From Octopus vulgaris (taxonomy: Eukaryota), in assembly GCA_951406725.2 (NCBI GenBank), contig OX597824.1, positions 52,390,001-52,454,000 on the forward strand: DNA of 64,000 nucleotides, read 5' to 3'. The position numbers were made by a program, and so were the translations under genes. This document shows positions 13,399 to 27,029 of this stretch, piece by piece. Each line of letters opens with the position of its first letter. Positions within the stretch are counted from its first letter, which is position 1. The notes beneath the pieces were generated by a model. That model was not told the DNA's origin and ran no database searches. It saw nothing but the letters and a program-made list of their open reading frames with translations.

Positions 13399-14689
13399 GA
13401 CAGCGGCTGGAAGTGTTCTTCGCTGCTCTGGACTGTTAGAAGTGGAAGACACAGAAACACTGATACAACCCAGCAGGCAACTGAAAAATAACTCTAAAAG
13501 ACTGGAATATCTACATTTTTCTGTGAGTATTTCCCTTAAAATAAGTGAAGGAACTTACATATCAACAACTTTGGACATACAAACGAACACCTCAAAATAT
13601 TTAGAAACGTTAATATCTCCAGTTTTGTGTGAACATTTTGTCTTCCCTTCTTCCCTAACTAACAGAAAATATAAACATGCCTTTTATTGTAACAACACAA
13701 TTAAATGTACGATAAAAAAATCAAGGAATTAAGCGCCTACCAAAATATACATACTGCACAACTACAAAAACTTTTAAAAAGAAAAGAAAAATTCCAAAAG
13801 AAAGCGAAAAAGAAATTCAGAAATTCAAAAATCCAACAAGGTGAACATCTCTTCCTTCTACTATTCCCAAAGACTGAATATCTACAATTTTCTGTGAATA
13901 TTTTAAATCTCCCTCAAAATAAAATAGGTTAGGAAACTTACATACCTACAGCTTTCGAACACACAAACTATCAGCTTTAAAAAAACCCCTTTAATATCTA
14001 CACCTAATGTGTGAATATCTATCCATTCCTCTCTCCCTGAGTATATGAAAATGTAAACATCCTCCTCCTTTTTATTCTAAGAACACTACCATTTCTCTCT
14101 GTGCGGTCATACAAAAGACCATGTTTAGTAAATCTTAAAACTTTACTATCTACAACTTGCTTTCTTTTCTTTTTTTCTCTCCCAGAGTATTCGAAAACGT
14201 AAACATCCTTTTCCTTGCAAAAGTCGTATGTATTCTCCAACTGGACAGACAAACGAACATCTCAGGAAAACTTAAAAACTTTAATATATTACCCAAATAC
14301 GTAAACACACCTTTAATTGCAGTAACACAATTGAATTCAAAAATTCAAAAATTGAACGACGTGAATATATGCACGTGTGTATATATATGTGTGTCTGTGT
14401 CTGTCTGTCTGTATCTTTGTGTATTATTATTATTGTTTATTCTACCAGTAATTAGAAATAGAACAGGTTGAATTGCTTCTTTTCAAGACAGCGCTCCCAG
14501 TGACCACTGGTAGTAGTAAACACATTTGACCTCTGCTGACCCAAAGGGTGAGAAGATTCTTTTGTTTCTATGGCTGACCTCCCCACCATCTGCTGAATCT
14601 ATTTATAGACCTGTAGAATGTGATCTATTTACCAAACTGCTACCCAACTATTTCCTCAAACTATGGTAGTGGTGGTGATAGTGATAATG

Positions 14690-17300
14690 ATAATGACAAA
14701 TTAATGACGCTGTCATGGAGTGTTGTTACCTGAGCAGCCCGGGAGGTGAAAATGGTGCTCAAATTAGAGGGTACAGACAACGTATGTATGATCATTGGAG
14801 AGAAAAGGGATTGTTTTAGCTCACCGAAAGAGACTATGTGATGAAGCTAGAGCAATAAGAAAAGATCGTTGGTTCACAGAAGTGGAGCTCGAAGCTATCA
14901 AAAGACGGGTCTTGGAAAATAGCAGCAGAGATAACGATGAAAGTACAGTTCTTACTAATAAGAGTAATCTCATAGCACAGGAAAAGATCAGTGGTAGTTT
15001 ACTTGATGAAAGACGTATAGATGACCTAAAAGAACACAATAAAACAAATGGTGACATAACAGAAGAACAAAAGGCAATCTACGACACAATAAAGGCAAGA
15101 CTACAGGAGAACGATAGTGACATTATTTGCAACCTTAAAAAGGTTGATAGATAGAAATTGAACCAAGAAACGAAAAATGTGAATGAAATTCGGAAATACA
15201 TCAGTACAAACAACATCACAGAAACAAATAATTTGATCAAGGCAGCAAGTAATGTTGTAGCAGAAAATGTGGGTGACGATGTCAAGAAAAAGAAACATAA
15301 TGTGAGTGATAAAAGAAAAGATCCATAGTGGAAAAGAAGAATCCAGGCAGGGTTAGACATGCTATCGAAGGAAATCTGTGTTAGACCGAAAAGAGGATGG
15401 GGAGCTCAAAAGCGAACAAAAATACAGAGCGCTGAAAAGGAAGCATAATGCCGAAAGAAAGAGCTTGAAAGTAGAAATGAAGGAATTGAAATAGCGCCTC
15501 GTTGCAAAGAAGTCAAAGATGGTAAGATACGACCAAAGAATGAAGGGTTACTACAAGAATAGGTTATTCAGAGTAGAACAGAAGAGACTCTATAAAGAAA
15601 TAAATAGAGAGTTGATACCAGATAAGATTGAAAGTCAAAGGTTTTGGAGTGACATCTGGAGCAAAGACAAGGAGCACAAGAATGATGCTGAATGGTTACA
15701 AGAACTGAAACAAACAGTTGTCTGTCCAAAACAGGCAGAACTAGTCATTTCAGTTAGGGAAGTGAAGGAAATCAGCAAAGAAATGAGCAACTGGAAGTCC
15801 CCGGGACCAGATGGAGTTCAGGGCTACTGGCTCAAAAGATTTAGTGAATGTCATGCACGAATCGCTGCACAACTCAACACCTTGTTAAATGCTGACCAAG
15901 TAACGCCAGAGTGGTTGACACTGGGAAGGACAATGCTGTGCCATGAAAAACATCGAAAAAGGAAATACAGTAGACAATTACATGCCAATATCCTGTTTGC
16001 CCCTTATGTGGAAGTTATTGAACTGGAATACTCGCAGAGTCAATGAATGGAAAAATACGAAGGGATTATTACAGAAGAATACGACTCATACTAAAAACTG
16101 AACTCAACTCCAGAAACCGCATCGAAGCCGTTAACACCCTGGCACTTTCAGTAGTCCAATACAGTTTTAACATCATTAACGGGAACGTTACAGAACTCCA
16201 ACACCTAGAGAGGAAGATAAGAAAACTACTAACATCTAAGAACATGCACCACCCAAAAGCAGACGTTGATCGTCTGTACCTACCTAGAAGTAATGGGGGA
16301 AGAGGAATGATGCGGGTAGTACTGTGCTATAAGACATGCACAATAGCAATGAACAAGGGCTGGATGCTGCGGCTAGTGTGCAAAAAGGAAAGCAGCAAAA
16401 AATCACATTCTATTGCCAAGGAAGCTTGCAAATTCGCAGAGTAACTTGGCATTAACCCTAAATTAGATGAAGAACCTGAAATCCCTGCCACAAATAAATC
16501 CAAACGGATCAAGCAGATTGCAAACAAGAACGGACAGAAACAAGTCGAGGAGCGGTAGAACCAGAAGCCCCTGCATGGACAGTATATACTTCGAAAACGA
16601 AATGCGGATGCAGACCAAGCAACAACCCATCAGTAACTGAGAAGCTCAGGATTGAAAACAGAGACTGAGGGTTTCATATTAGCGGCACAAAATCAAACCT
16701 TGCTTACAAAATCTACCAGGTTAACGTTCTTCAAAACGGTTCTGACCCTAAATGCAAATTCTGCAATACATTTGACGAAACAATAGACCACCTCGTGTCA
16801 GGATGTCCTGTCTGACACCAATCGTATGGAAAATTCGCAACGTTAGGGTAGGACAGTATTTACATTGGAAAATATGTAAACACTACAAAATCAGTGCTCA
16901 TGCTTACTGGTATGAACATCATCCTGAGCCAGTCTTTGAAGGTAGAGATGTCACTATCCACTAGGATTTTTCAGTCAAGAACGATGCAGGCTAATCGGCC
17001 TGATAGAGTCATTAAAGACAGAGAGAAAAACACTTGTAGACTAATAGATGTAAGTTTTCCCACTGACAAAAATATATCTGTAAATGAATTTGAAAAATTA
17101 GGTTAATATAAGGACCTGGAAATTGAAATACAAAATATGTGGCATTTTAAAGCGAGAACTTTTGCTGTTATTGTGGGTGCCCTAGACATAAGAAAGGTAT
17201 GCTAGAAACATCTAGATAATATCCCAGAAATATGTCTCAGAGAAATCCAAAAGATTCTGCTGATAAGTACTGCCCACATTAAACATATACATTTAAACCC
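14690..17300 (+). mobile_element. R4/Dong-like REL non-LTR retrotransposon, decayed, RT core deleted
   Basis: N-terminal RLCDEARAIRK, then WKSPGPDGVQGYWLK, thumb HHPKADVDRLYLPRSNGGRG, the CCHC finger CKFC..DHLVSGC and ANRPD..LIDVSFP. The sequence jumps from early RT to the thumb region at ~16043. Confidence 0.85.
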
Positions 17301-17389
17301 TGTCAGTTTAAATGTATGTGTTGTATTACATGAAGATATTTCGCTACTGCCCTTGCCACTTTCCCTCCCCAACATTTCAGTCAAACTGT

Positions 17390-17660
17390 AACATACAGAA
17401 ACAATTCCTATCATAGTGGGCACATTAGGTATGATAACAAAAAATATTCAGACAAATAGATAAGAAAAACACCAGGACAAACAAATATATATAGCATACA
17501 GAAAATAGCAGTACTAGGCACTGCACACATCCTATGTAAAACACTTTCAATACAGTAACCATAAGAGTATCACAGCAAACCACTATAGATATCCAAGGCA
17601 CACAGAGCTGCACTCGGTAGTGCAGTGATAGCACCTTATAAAAATAAAACTTCTGAATAA
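17390..17660 (+). mobile_element. R4/Dong-like 3' end followed by (TAA)n
   Basis: ETIPIIVGTLGMI..IQKIAVLGTAHIL plus a 3'UTR nearly identical to that of 20340-20735. It abuts a long (TAA)n. Confidence 0.75.
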
Positions 17661-17677
17661 TAATAATAATAATAATG

Positions 17678-17711
<34 letters not shown>

Positions 17712-17713
17712 TG

Positions 17714-17808
<95 letters not shown>

Positions 17809-18019
17809 ATTCGACCCGGTATATTACAGCAGATCTTCGTCACTATTTATCATATACTCGGCAAGTGTTCTTCTTTCACTCCTTATACAATGGTCTATAC
17901 TGATTAGTTCTCTGTCACCATTCTTTCTTTTCGTATACAATATGTTTACTTTTGTAGTTAACTATCTTTTGCGCTCCCTGGGATTATTCTCAAATAATCT
18001 TTGTTCCTTTACTGGTCAT

Positions 18020-19810
18020 TTCAAGTGCTCCCACAATCACTGGTATTGTAACCGTCTTGAGATGCTATCTTTGCTCCAACTACTGTCGTCACCTGCCCAC
18101 TGTTCTCTTTAGGTTTCGGTTTCTGCTTGGGCACTGACATTAGAAGAGGGACCTTCCTTTTCAGAAGTAACTCTTCCGCCGATTTTTTCTCTCCACTTTT
18201 TGTGTGGATGAGGATTGTGGTTGTTGTTTGTCCCCATGTTTATTTTTCCTTCTGTCTCTTTTACATTTTCTTTTGTTTCTTTTTAACAGCCAATCCTCAC
18301 CACGGTCCGTCTCCCCAGCTATGGTGGCCACCCGCTCTGCATCGGGAAGTGGAACATCTTCGGGCGCTGAGAAGTGTTTGAGTGAACTCGGTGTCGGTAT
18401 GGTTCTTGGTGTTGGTGTTGGTGGTGCTACAGCTGAATCTGTTGAGGGTGATGATGCTGCTGCTGTTGTCGTTGAAGTTCTGGTGCTCGTTGTTGATGTA
18501 GAGAGGAGGGGTACCCGTCTCTTTTTTCTCTTTGTTCGGAACAGTCGACTTTTAAATGCTTAGGTGAAAAGCAAATGTGGCACTTTGCTTTTCTTCAATC
18601 AACCCTGACGTGAATTATGCTGCCCCTCAAGAAGAAGGATTTGGAATGGGATGATATCCACATTCTTTTGTGTTGCTTGAATGAGGAGCTCTACGGTCAT
18701 TCCAGACCTTTTTTTTGGCCTGATAGGCTTCGAGGATTTTCGATTTTTCCTTGATATCTATTATCAATGCCGCAATTAGCTAAGGAATGGTTATTTCTGA
18801 GGGGATTCAGAGGGTGGTGTTTGGTTTCTTCCTCGTTGTGGAATCGAACGTCCACCATTCCATAGGCCCTTCCCCTCTGTATATACTTCTTTAGATTCCA
18901 GATAGATCCTAAAGCTTCTTGTATTTGAGCGCCTCTGTGGCTTTTTCCACACTTCTTGACTTTAACCCAATTGTACGGTACGTCACTGTGCGGCGTATCG
19001 TAGCCTGGATTATCTCAGGTGGTGTTTTCAACTTTACAACTATTTCGTCTCTCCCGATTAGCTGTCTAGCATCTTTAAGTTCCTCTTCGGAGAATCGTAT
19101 TCTCTGAAGAGATGACTTGGCTACTCCAGCGAAAGAAAGCTTTGAGAGACTGTTCTAAGCCGATGTACCGTTTGTATCTCAGCTCCTTCATTGTCTTTGT
19201 CATTGTTGCTATTGCTTTTGATGCTGCTGTTGTTGGTTTTGTTGTTGCTGTTGACACCTTTGTTATTGTTGTTGTTGTGGTTGGTGATGGGGCTACTAAT
19301 GTTGTTGTTGTTCTTGCTGCTGTTGTTATTACATTTCCAAATTAATGTTTTCACATCGAATAATGTTAACAACAGAACCCTTGCTTTCAAAAGATTTTCT
19401 GAGTGACCCTTCTTGAAAAAATTGGCTCCGTTGTCTTTTTTTTTTTGTACTTTTTTGTTTTATTTTTCAGACCGAAGTCGCTTCGCACGCATGCACTCTC
19501 TCATTGGCGTTTGGTGACGCCCCTCACTTTCTCACCCTCTCTCACATATGAGTATCACCGTGTTTTGTGTTTTCTCTATGTTGGTAGGGAAAACGCACAC
19601 AACTTTACTTAAAAAAACAAAACAAAACAAACAATTGACCTGTCCCTGCAGGGCTGGGGGACAAACAGGAAAATAAACTCACCACTCGACAGCAAATAAC
19701 TTGTTCTCCACGATGGTATAAACTAAAGGGTGTAAATAAAACTATTTCGTGTTTTTTTCTTTAAGAAATCAACGGAGCGAGGTCAAGTGTGGCTTGCCAG
19801 GTTGACGACC
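18020..19810 (-). mobile_element. L1/Tx1-like ORF1-only element with CCHC zinc knuckle
   Basis: Minus strand 18541-18582 encodes CHICFSPKHLKVDC (CX2CX4HX4C). The 5' end contains GCTCCGT, as in the 56129-58181 element. No EN or RT is visible. Confidence 0.55.
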
Positions 19811-19847
<37 letters not shown>

Positions 19848-20339
19848 GAATAAGAATAAGAATAATAATAATAACAATAACAATAATAATAATCCTTTCC
19901 GCTGTAGGTACAAGGCCTGAAACTTAATACTCATGCACAAGGTCAATCAAGGTCAATTTATGCTAAGTGGCTTTATTCTGCGTGCTGCAGCTTCATTACT
20001 ATAGCAACGGTCCTGATACTTATTGAACTGACCACTAGAAGTTATACCAACACTATGGAATAACAAGAGAAAATAGATGGTATAGGCACACGCCACAAAA
20101 TGTCACAGAAAGTGAGAAAAAGTCACAGAAAATGAGAAAGCATCCATACTCTGGGACATGCCAATACACACAGATAGAGAAATTTCTGGTGCCCTTTGTT
20201 GATGTAGAGAGGATGGGTACCCGTCTCTTTTTTTCTCTTTGTTTAGAACAGTCGACTTTTAAATGCTTAGGTGAAAAGCAAAGATGGCACTTTGCTTTTC
20301 TTCAAAAAATTTAGGCCAGTATGCTGGATATAGTTATCA

Positions 20340-20882
<543 letters not shown>

Positions 20883-20899
20883 CCTTTCTGCTGTAGGTA

Positions 20900-21925
20900 C
20901 AAGTATGAAAACTCATGCTAAAACTGCTGCTTTAGATATTCTGAATGATAAATGGCAAGAAAAACCTCTCAATGGCAAATACCCAAAGAGAGCGAATAAT
21001 GCAGATGTTGACAAAGCCCTGACCCCTCAATGGCTAATGGCCTCTGGCTTAAAACCTGAAACAGAAGGGTTTATCATAGCAGTTCAAGGTCAATGCCAAC
21101 CTACAAGGAACTACCAGGCCAACATATTAAAGAACGGCAGTAGCCCAACATGTCGTGTATGTCGACAACAAAATGAAACCATTGATCATATTGTCTCCAA
21201 GTGCAGTCTTCTTGCGCCTACAAGAGTATCTCAACAAGCATGATAGAGCTGCACAATATATTCACTGGGTAATTTCCAAAAGCCTGGACTTGCCCCATGA
21301 AAAAAACTGGTGGGAACACAAACCACCTCCAGTGCTTGAAAATGACCACATCTCACTCCTCTGGAACTTCACCATTCAAACTGACAGAAAGATAGATGCA
21401 AATAGGCCACACATCATATTGAAAGACTTCAGACAAAGAACATGCCTCTTCATTGATATGACTGTCCCAATCGATATAAACGTATCTGTCAAGACCTACC
21501 AGAAACTGAGCAAATAAATAGATCTGGAAATAGAAATCAGCAAAATGTGGAACCTGAAGACTAAAACAATACCTGTTGTCATAGGTGCCCTGGGAATGAT
21601 AGCAAAAGGGGCTGATTGCTACCTAACTCAGATACCAGGAAACCCCAAAATGGCAGAAATTCAAAAGATATCGCTCCTGGGAACTGCTCATATCCTACGC
21701 AAAATACTTTCTATGTAATCTCAAGTATTAAAACAAACATAATTTTCGTATGGTTTTTTAGGCATTCACTAGAAAAACACTAAGTACAAAACCAAATATA
21801 TGGCACCCTAGGCATAACACCAACACGAACTTCCAACTTGTTGTCTCTTGAGGTCTCTGGGTGAGACTTGGAGCCAGCTTGTGCAAATGTAAAGCAAAAG
21901 TCAAACGTAGAATAATAATAATAAT
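20900..21925 (+). mobile_element. 5'-truncated R4/Dong-like element (CCHC finger plus REL endonuclease)
   Basis: ETEGFIIA, CRVC..DHIVSKC, HDRAA and ANRP..IDMTVP, ending in an (AAT)n tail. It is highly similar to the minus-strand copy at 46420-47830. Confidence 0.9.
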
Positions 21926-22265
21926 CCTTTCAATTGTAGGCTCAGTGTCGTCGTTGTCATCATCACTAATTAAAGTAACATCACTGACTAAGAAAGCAAA
22001 CTAATAAACTCATTAAAATACTTCAACCAATAAGCACTAAGAATAAAATCTTATATATGAATGGATAAATTTTAGAAGCAAGTAAAAAAATTAAATTATG
22101 CTGATAATTAAATTTATCTCTGAGTCTACAGTACTGAGTGGCGGGCGTTCCACTTAAATATAAAAGTTACTGATTTCCACACCTGTTCTCTTTCTTATTC
22201 TATAATGGCATCCTTTTCTTCTAGCAGATCGTTAGGAAGGAGACACACAACAATAATAAAAGAAT

Positions 22266-22309
22266 GACTACTGATGAGGTCACACAAGTGTGACGAAAGA
22301 ACTCTGGCC
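22266..22309 (+). ncRNA. Type I hammerhead ribozyme motif in a short repeat (~22190-22430)
   Basis: GACTA-CTGATGA-G GTCACAC aa GTGTGAC-GAAA-GAAC-TC-TGGCC. A second copy of the same element lies on the minus strand at 63758-64000. Confidence 0.7.
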
Positions 22310-22474
22310 AAAACAGAATTAATATGAAATGAAGGTGAAGCAAGTGAACAGCGAATATATATAATGCGTGTATTTTCATTGGCTAAACTGGCAACATGAC
22401 AATCCCCAAATACAACAATATCTGTTTCAATACACGAGTTCACATCAAGAATCTTGCAAAATGAATACATAAAC

Positions 22475-22510
<36 letters not shown>

Positions 22511-23238
22511 TCACACACACATACATATCTACGTGCATGTGGAGGGGGCTTGTGTGTGTGTGTGTATGTGCGTGTGTGTTTGAGTGTGTGAGTATGTATA
22601 TATCTATGTATATGTGTATCTTCGTATTTGTGTTTGCTCGACTAAACCCTTCAAGTCGGTACTTCAGCATGGCCACAGTCCAATGACTGAAAGTTAAAAG
22701 AATAAAGAATATATTTCCATCCATCCGTTTAGTTTTTAGTCTTTAAGCTTGTTATATTTGAAGATTTTACAAGTTGCCCACAAATTCCATTTATTTTAAT
22801 TTGAAAGCAGCTAGAAGTATATATTTAAATTACAGGTATACCAAATATCATACAACATTAAATTTTTTATATATTAAAAATATCGCTGTCTCTAGAAGAA
22901 GTAATAATTTTCTGTGGGATCTGTCAAATTCGGAGAAAATTCTAGAATCTTGAATTAACTTTCCCCTCTGAAGTGGAGCTGGTCTTATTTGCCATTTGGT
23001 TATTATGAAACGTACCCTAGAGGCGAAGATAATTGCAATAAACCAAAGATTTATATTGTATGGAATTTAATAGAACTATATTTGTCTATGCTATATATGT
23101 AAAGAGATGCATATATATATATACAATGTTATGTTTTATTCCGTTAGAAACGTTGAAGAGTACAGTGGGAAGCTCGTCCACCTTCTGAATTACTCTGTAC
23201 TATTATTATTTTAAACTAACGGACACAACACTCGTATA

Positions 23239-23342
23239 TTGCCTGAGGAAACACAATTAGATCTCATTATGCAAACAAACGGTTGCATAATCAAGTACCT
23301 GTATTCCTGGAGAACTAAGTCGCGTCGAAACAATTGCAGCAA
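23239..23342 (+). ncRNA. Decayed hammerhead-like motif with long stem II
   Basis: TTGC-CTGAGGA-AACAC...(internal hairpin ATTATGCAA/TTGCATAAT)...GCGTC-GAAA-CAATTG-CA-GCAA. U16.1 appears mutated to C. Confidence 0.4.
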
Positions 23343-23432
23343 ATAATAACTGAATGTCCAACCGTACTCCTTCTTCCTGACTCCAATTTCTTCAATTTTG
23401 CACATAGATATATATACATACACATACACACT

Positions 23433-23552
<120 letters not shown>

Positions 23553-24636
23553 GAGGAAAGGAGAGAGATAAACAGCATTTAGAGTACTATGTGTTTTGTC
23601 ATTTAATATTTTTTAAAAGACTAAAATACGACCTTTATAGGTTAGGTTATTCCGAATTGACAAGCAAAAAGTCGGAGAAAAATTTCAATTACACGGAAAG
23701 ATAATCGGATATTGAAACCTAATCAGCTGATGCGCTCAGCCAATCAACGATAAAAGTAAAAACGTCCACGAAATAAAGAAAAACTAGAAATATTTGCATG
23801 AAAATATGGAAAGTAAATATAAATGAAATGAACTAACCTATAGCACAAAAAGCAAAATTTAATCGTGTATCATCACACAAATAGAACGACATACAGCGGA
23901 AAATATAATGGATGTCTTGCAAGGAAAAAGGAAATTGCTTGTCATCCGAAGAAGAGAAAATATAAAGATATTTAACACCCACTTATGGCCAAATGCTTTA
24001 ATAAAACAAAGAGCCTATCCCAACTAACAAAGAGGATGACGCAAGGAAAAACAACCTGGTAATAGTAGAAGAAAAAAAAAATTACTGAGAAGAATTACTT
24101 TATAATCGATGGACCAACGGCATGGCTTTCCAATTTCTATAATAACCTGACGTTTACAATAAACAATAAGGTGCATCAGCACCTCGACAGATACAATCTA
24201 ACATAGTACAGAGAATTGCAGAAGAGCATCACGTAACTGTAAAAAACAGTTATTGATAATTTAAACAATTAAAAACGGCAGTGTCAGTGAGCTGAGTTGA
24301 AATGTACAAGAGGTCCCAAAATTAGAGAAAAGACAACAAAAGTTTGAACAAATTTTGGACCACATCACCTAAATGATGACACACCTCGCGACATATAAAT
24401 ATATTTGTTGGTAGAATAGAGGAAGAGGCCTTTTACAAGTTGAGATTGTCTATAAGCTGGTATGGTAGAAACTAAAATTGTTGTTTCTTATATACAATGA
24501 AGCATATATATACTTGAAAGAAATGGTTATTTTACCCTTAAATTCTTGTAAAATGGTGAAAGGAGGACTAGGAACACATAAATTTCAGATAAGCATGTGT
24601 ATATGTATGTGAGAGCGTTTGTGTGTTTGTGTTTAT

Positions 24637-24785
24637 AGGCGCAGGAGTGGCTGTGTGGTAATTAGTTTGCTTACCAACCACATGGTTCCGGGTTCAGTCC
24701 CACTATGTGACAACTTGATTTAGTGTCTTCGATCAAAGCCTTGTGAGTGGATTTGGTATACGGAAACTGAGAGAAGCCTGTCGTA

Positions 24786-24851
<66 letters not shown>

Positions 24852-25065
24852 TGTGAATATGTTTGTGTGTCAGTGTTTGTCCCCTCCCCCCAATATCGCT
24901 TGATAACTGATGCTGGTGTGTTTACGTCCCCGTAACTTAGCGCTTGGGCAAAAAAGGCCGATAGAATAAGTACTAGGCTTACAAAGAATAAGTTCTGAGG
25001 TGGATTTGCTCAACTAAAAGTGGTGCTCCAGCATGGCCGCAGTCAAATGCTGAAACAAGTAATAA
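24637..25065 (+). mobile_element. tRNA-derived SINE with internal (TA)n(TG)n
   Basis: Head GGCGCAGGAGTGGCTGTGTGGTA..GGTTCCGGGTTCAGTCCC and tail CCAGCATGGCCGCAGTCAAATG. Minus-strand copies lie at 31045-31425 and 55755-58215. Confidence 0.8.
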
Positions 25066-25980
25066 AAGTTGTCTTTTTAAGCGATTGGTGATCTTTATTT
25101 TTCGTCTCAGAAGGACTTTCTTGTCTCGGGGAATCACGTTTTTTGCATGTAGTCGCTTTCTTCTCTGGGACTAATTTAATGAATATGAAAATTTGATATG
25201 TATATTATCGACACGAATTCCTTAAGTTTCATTTCAATGTCTGAACTGCCTTAAGGTTGACTGGAAGTCAACTGAAAAGCGGACTATTGAGCAAGATTGG
25301 CTTCAAACTCTATATGCAAGACATTGAAATGAAACTTAAGGAATTCGTGTCAATAATATACATATTAAATTTTCAAATTCATTATAATTGTCCCAGAGAA
25401 GAAAGCGACTACATGCAAAAAACGTGATTCCTCGAGACAGGAAAGTCCTTCTGAGACGAAGAATAAAGATCTCCAATCGCTTAAATAGACAACTTAATGA
25501 CAGCCAAAAATCCCTCCTGATAGAGACATTTCGAGAGATCGAAAATAAGCTCAGACTTTCCCCATGAAAAGGAAAGCATAGAAGGAAAAACCAAGGTGGT
25601 GGAAAATATGAAAAATGAAGATTGCAAAAGATTCTACTTATGTGCGCTACATGAGAGGACCACTGTTTGAAGAAGACGGCTCACTAACTACAGAGCCCAT
25701 GATGCCAAATGGAGTGATAAGTAAACAGTTCCAGAATGTCTTCACCTCTTCACTGGGAAACATGCAAATAAGCAAGCCTGAAGAGATTTTCAACAGCGCA
25801 GATATGCATAAGTAAGAGGCAATCATTGAATACATCTACATAATAAAGGAAGGTGTAATATCGGCCATAGATGAGACGAGCCCAATCTCAACAACGGGCC
25901 CGGATGGATTTCGGGTTGTTTTCCTAAAAACATGCAAGTTTCCAGAATTCCTTTGCATAAAATAAACTCCCAAACTGTCA
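25066..25980 (+). mobile_element. CR1/L2-like LINE fragment with an inverted duplication of its 5' part
   Basis: The plus strand reads IPRDRKVLLRRRIKISNRL, GPLFEEDGSLT..QFQNVFT and GPDGF. 25066-25242 is the reverse complement of 25319-25495. Confidence 0.6.
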
Positions 25981-26351
25981 AAATAATGTATTATATATCC
26001 TTTCCATACAGGAGGAAGCAGAGCTGATATATATATGTGTATGTATGTATGTATATGTATATATGTATGTGTATATGTATATGTATGTATGTATATATGT
26101 ATGTATGTATGTATATATATATATATGTATGTATGTATGTATGTGTGTATGTGTGTGTGTATGTGTGGAAGGCATTATTTTATTCACCAATACATCAAGC
26201 TGTTCCTGGAAAAAGGAGCCATAAAATTCGTCAAATTTAGTCAGAACACCCTTTATATGGACATTACATGTCCATATACATATGTATATACTCACATATA
26301 CATACTTGTGTGTGCGTGTGTATACATACATATATAAACGTAATATTGGTC

Positions 26352-26444
<93 letters not shown>

Positions 26445-27029
26445 GAATATTTCTCAAACCAATGATAATTCAAAGTTTTTACACAGGACATCAAATATCT
26501 TGATTGATACATATTTTATCATATTTTAACGGTTGAAGAATGATGAAAGTGAAAATTATCTCCTCTGAGATTTGAATTTCAAATGTAAAGAAATGTACGT
26601 AAAAACTACAAAGCAATCTATCCGTCCCTTTATCGATTTGTCGCTTAAATAAACTTTCATCAGCAATTGCGAAAACAACATTTTTTCATAAGAGCACAAA
26701 ACTCTACATATAGAAATGCTATTATTCGCATGTTATTGGCACTATTTCAAACAGTTGTAATACATGTTGAATGGATGTTACCGACCACAGGGAGATATAG
26801 ATAATGAATCCTTGAATTTTCAAGGGGAATGAGACTAGTTACAAATAATAACATTCTGCGATTTTAGTGAAATATGTTAAGATATTGAAATAATGCCTTT
26901 GAAAAATATAACCTTAAAGAAAGGGATAGAATTTTGATGAAAAAACAACCTATAATCAAAAAATTCCCGACATTCCGATGAAATGAATACCTTCCATCCT
27001 CTTTCAATATTTGTCATTGAAGATGTCAA

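Noticed and set aside
13490-14350. Degenerate ~370-bp tandem-like repeats
   Set aside because: Too diverged to define units by eye, with no spacer-repeat or coding structure.
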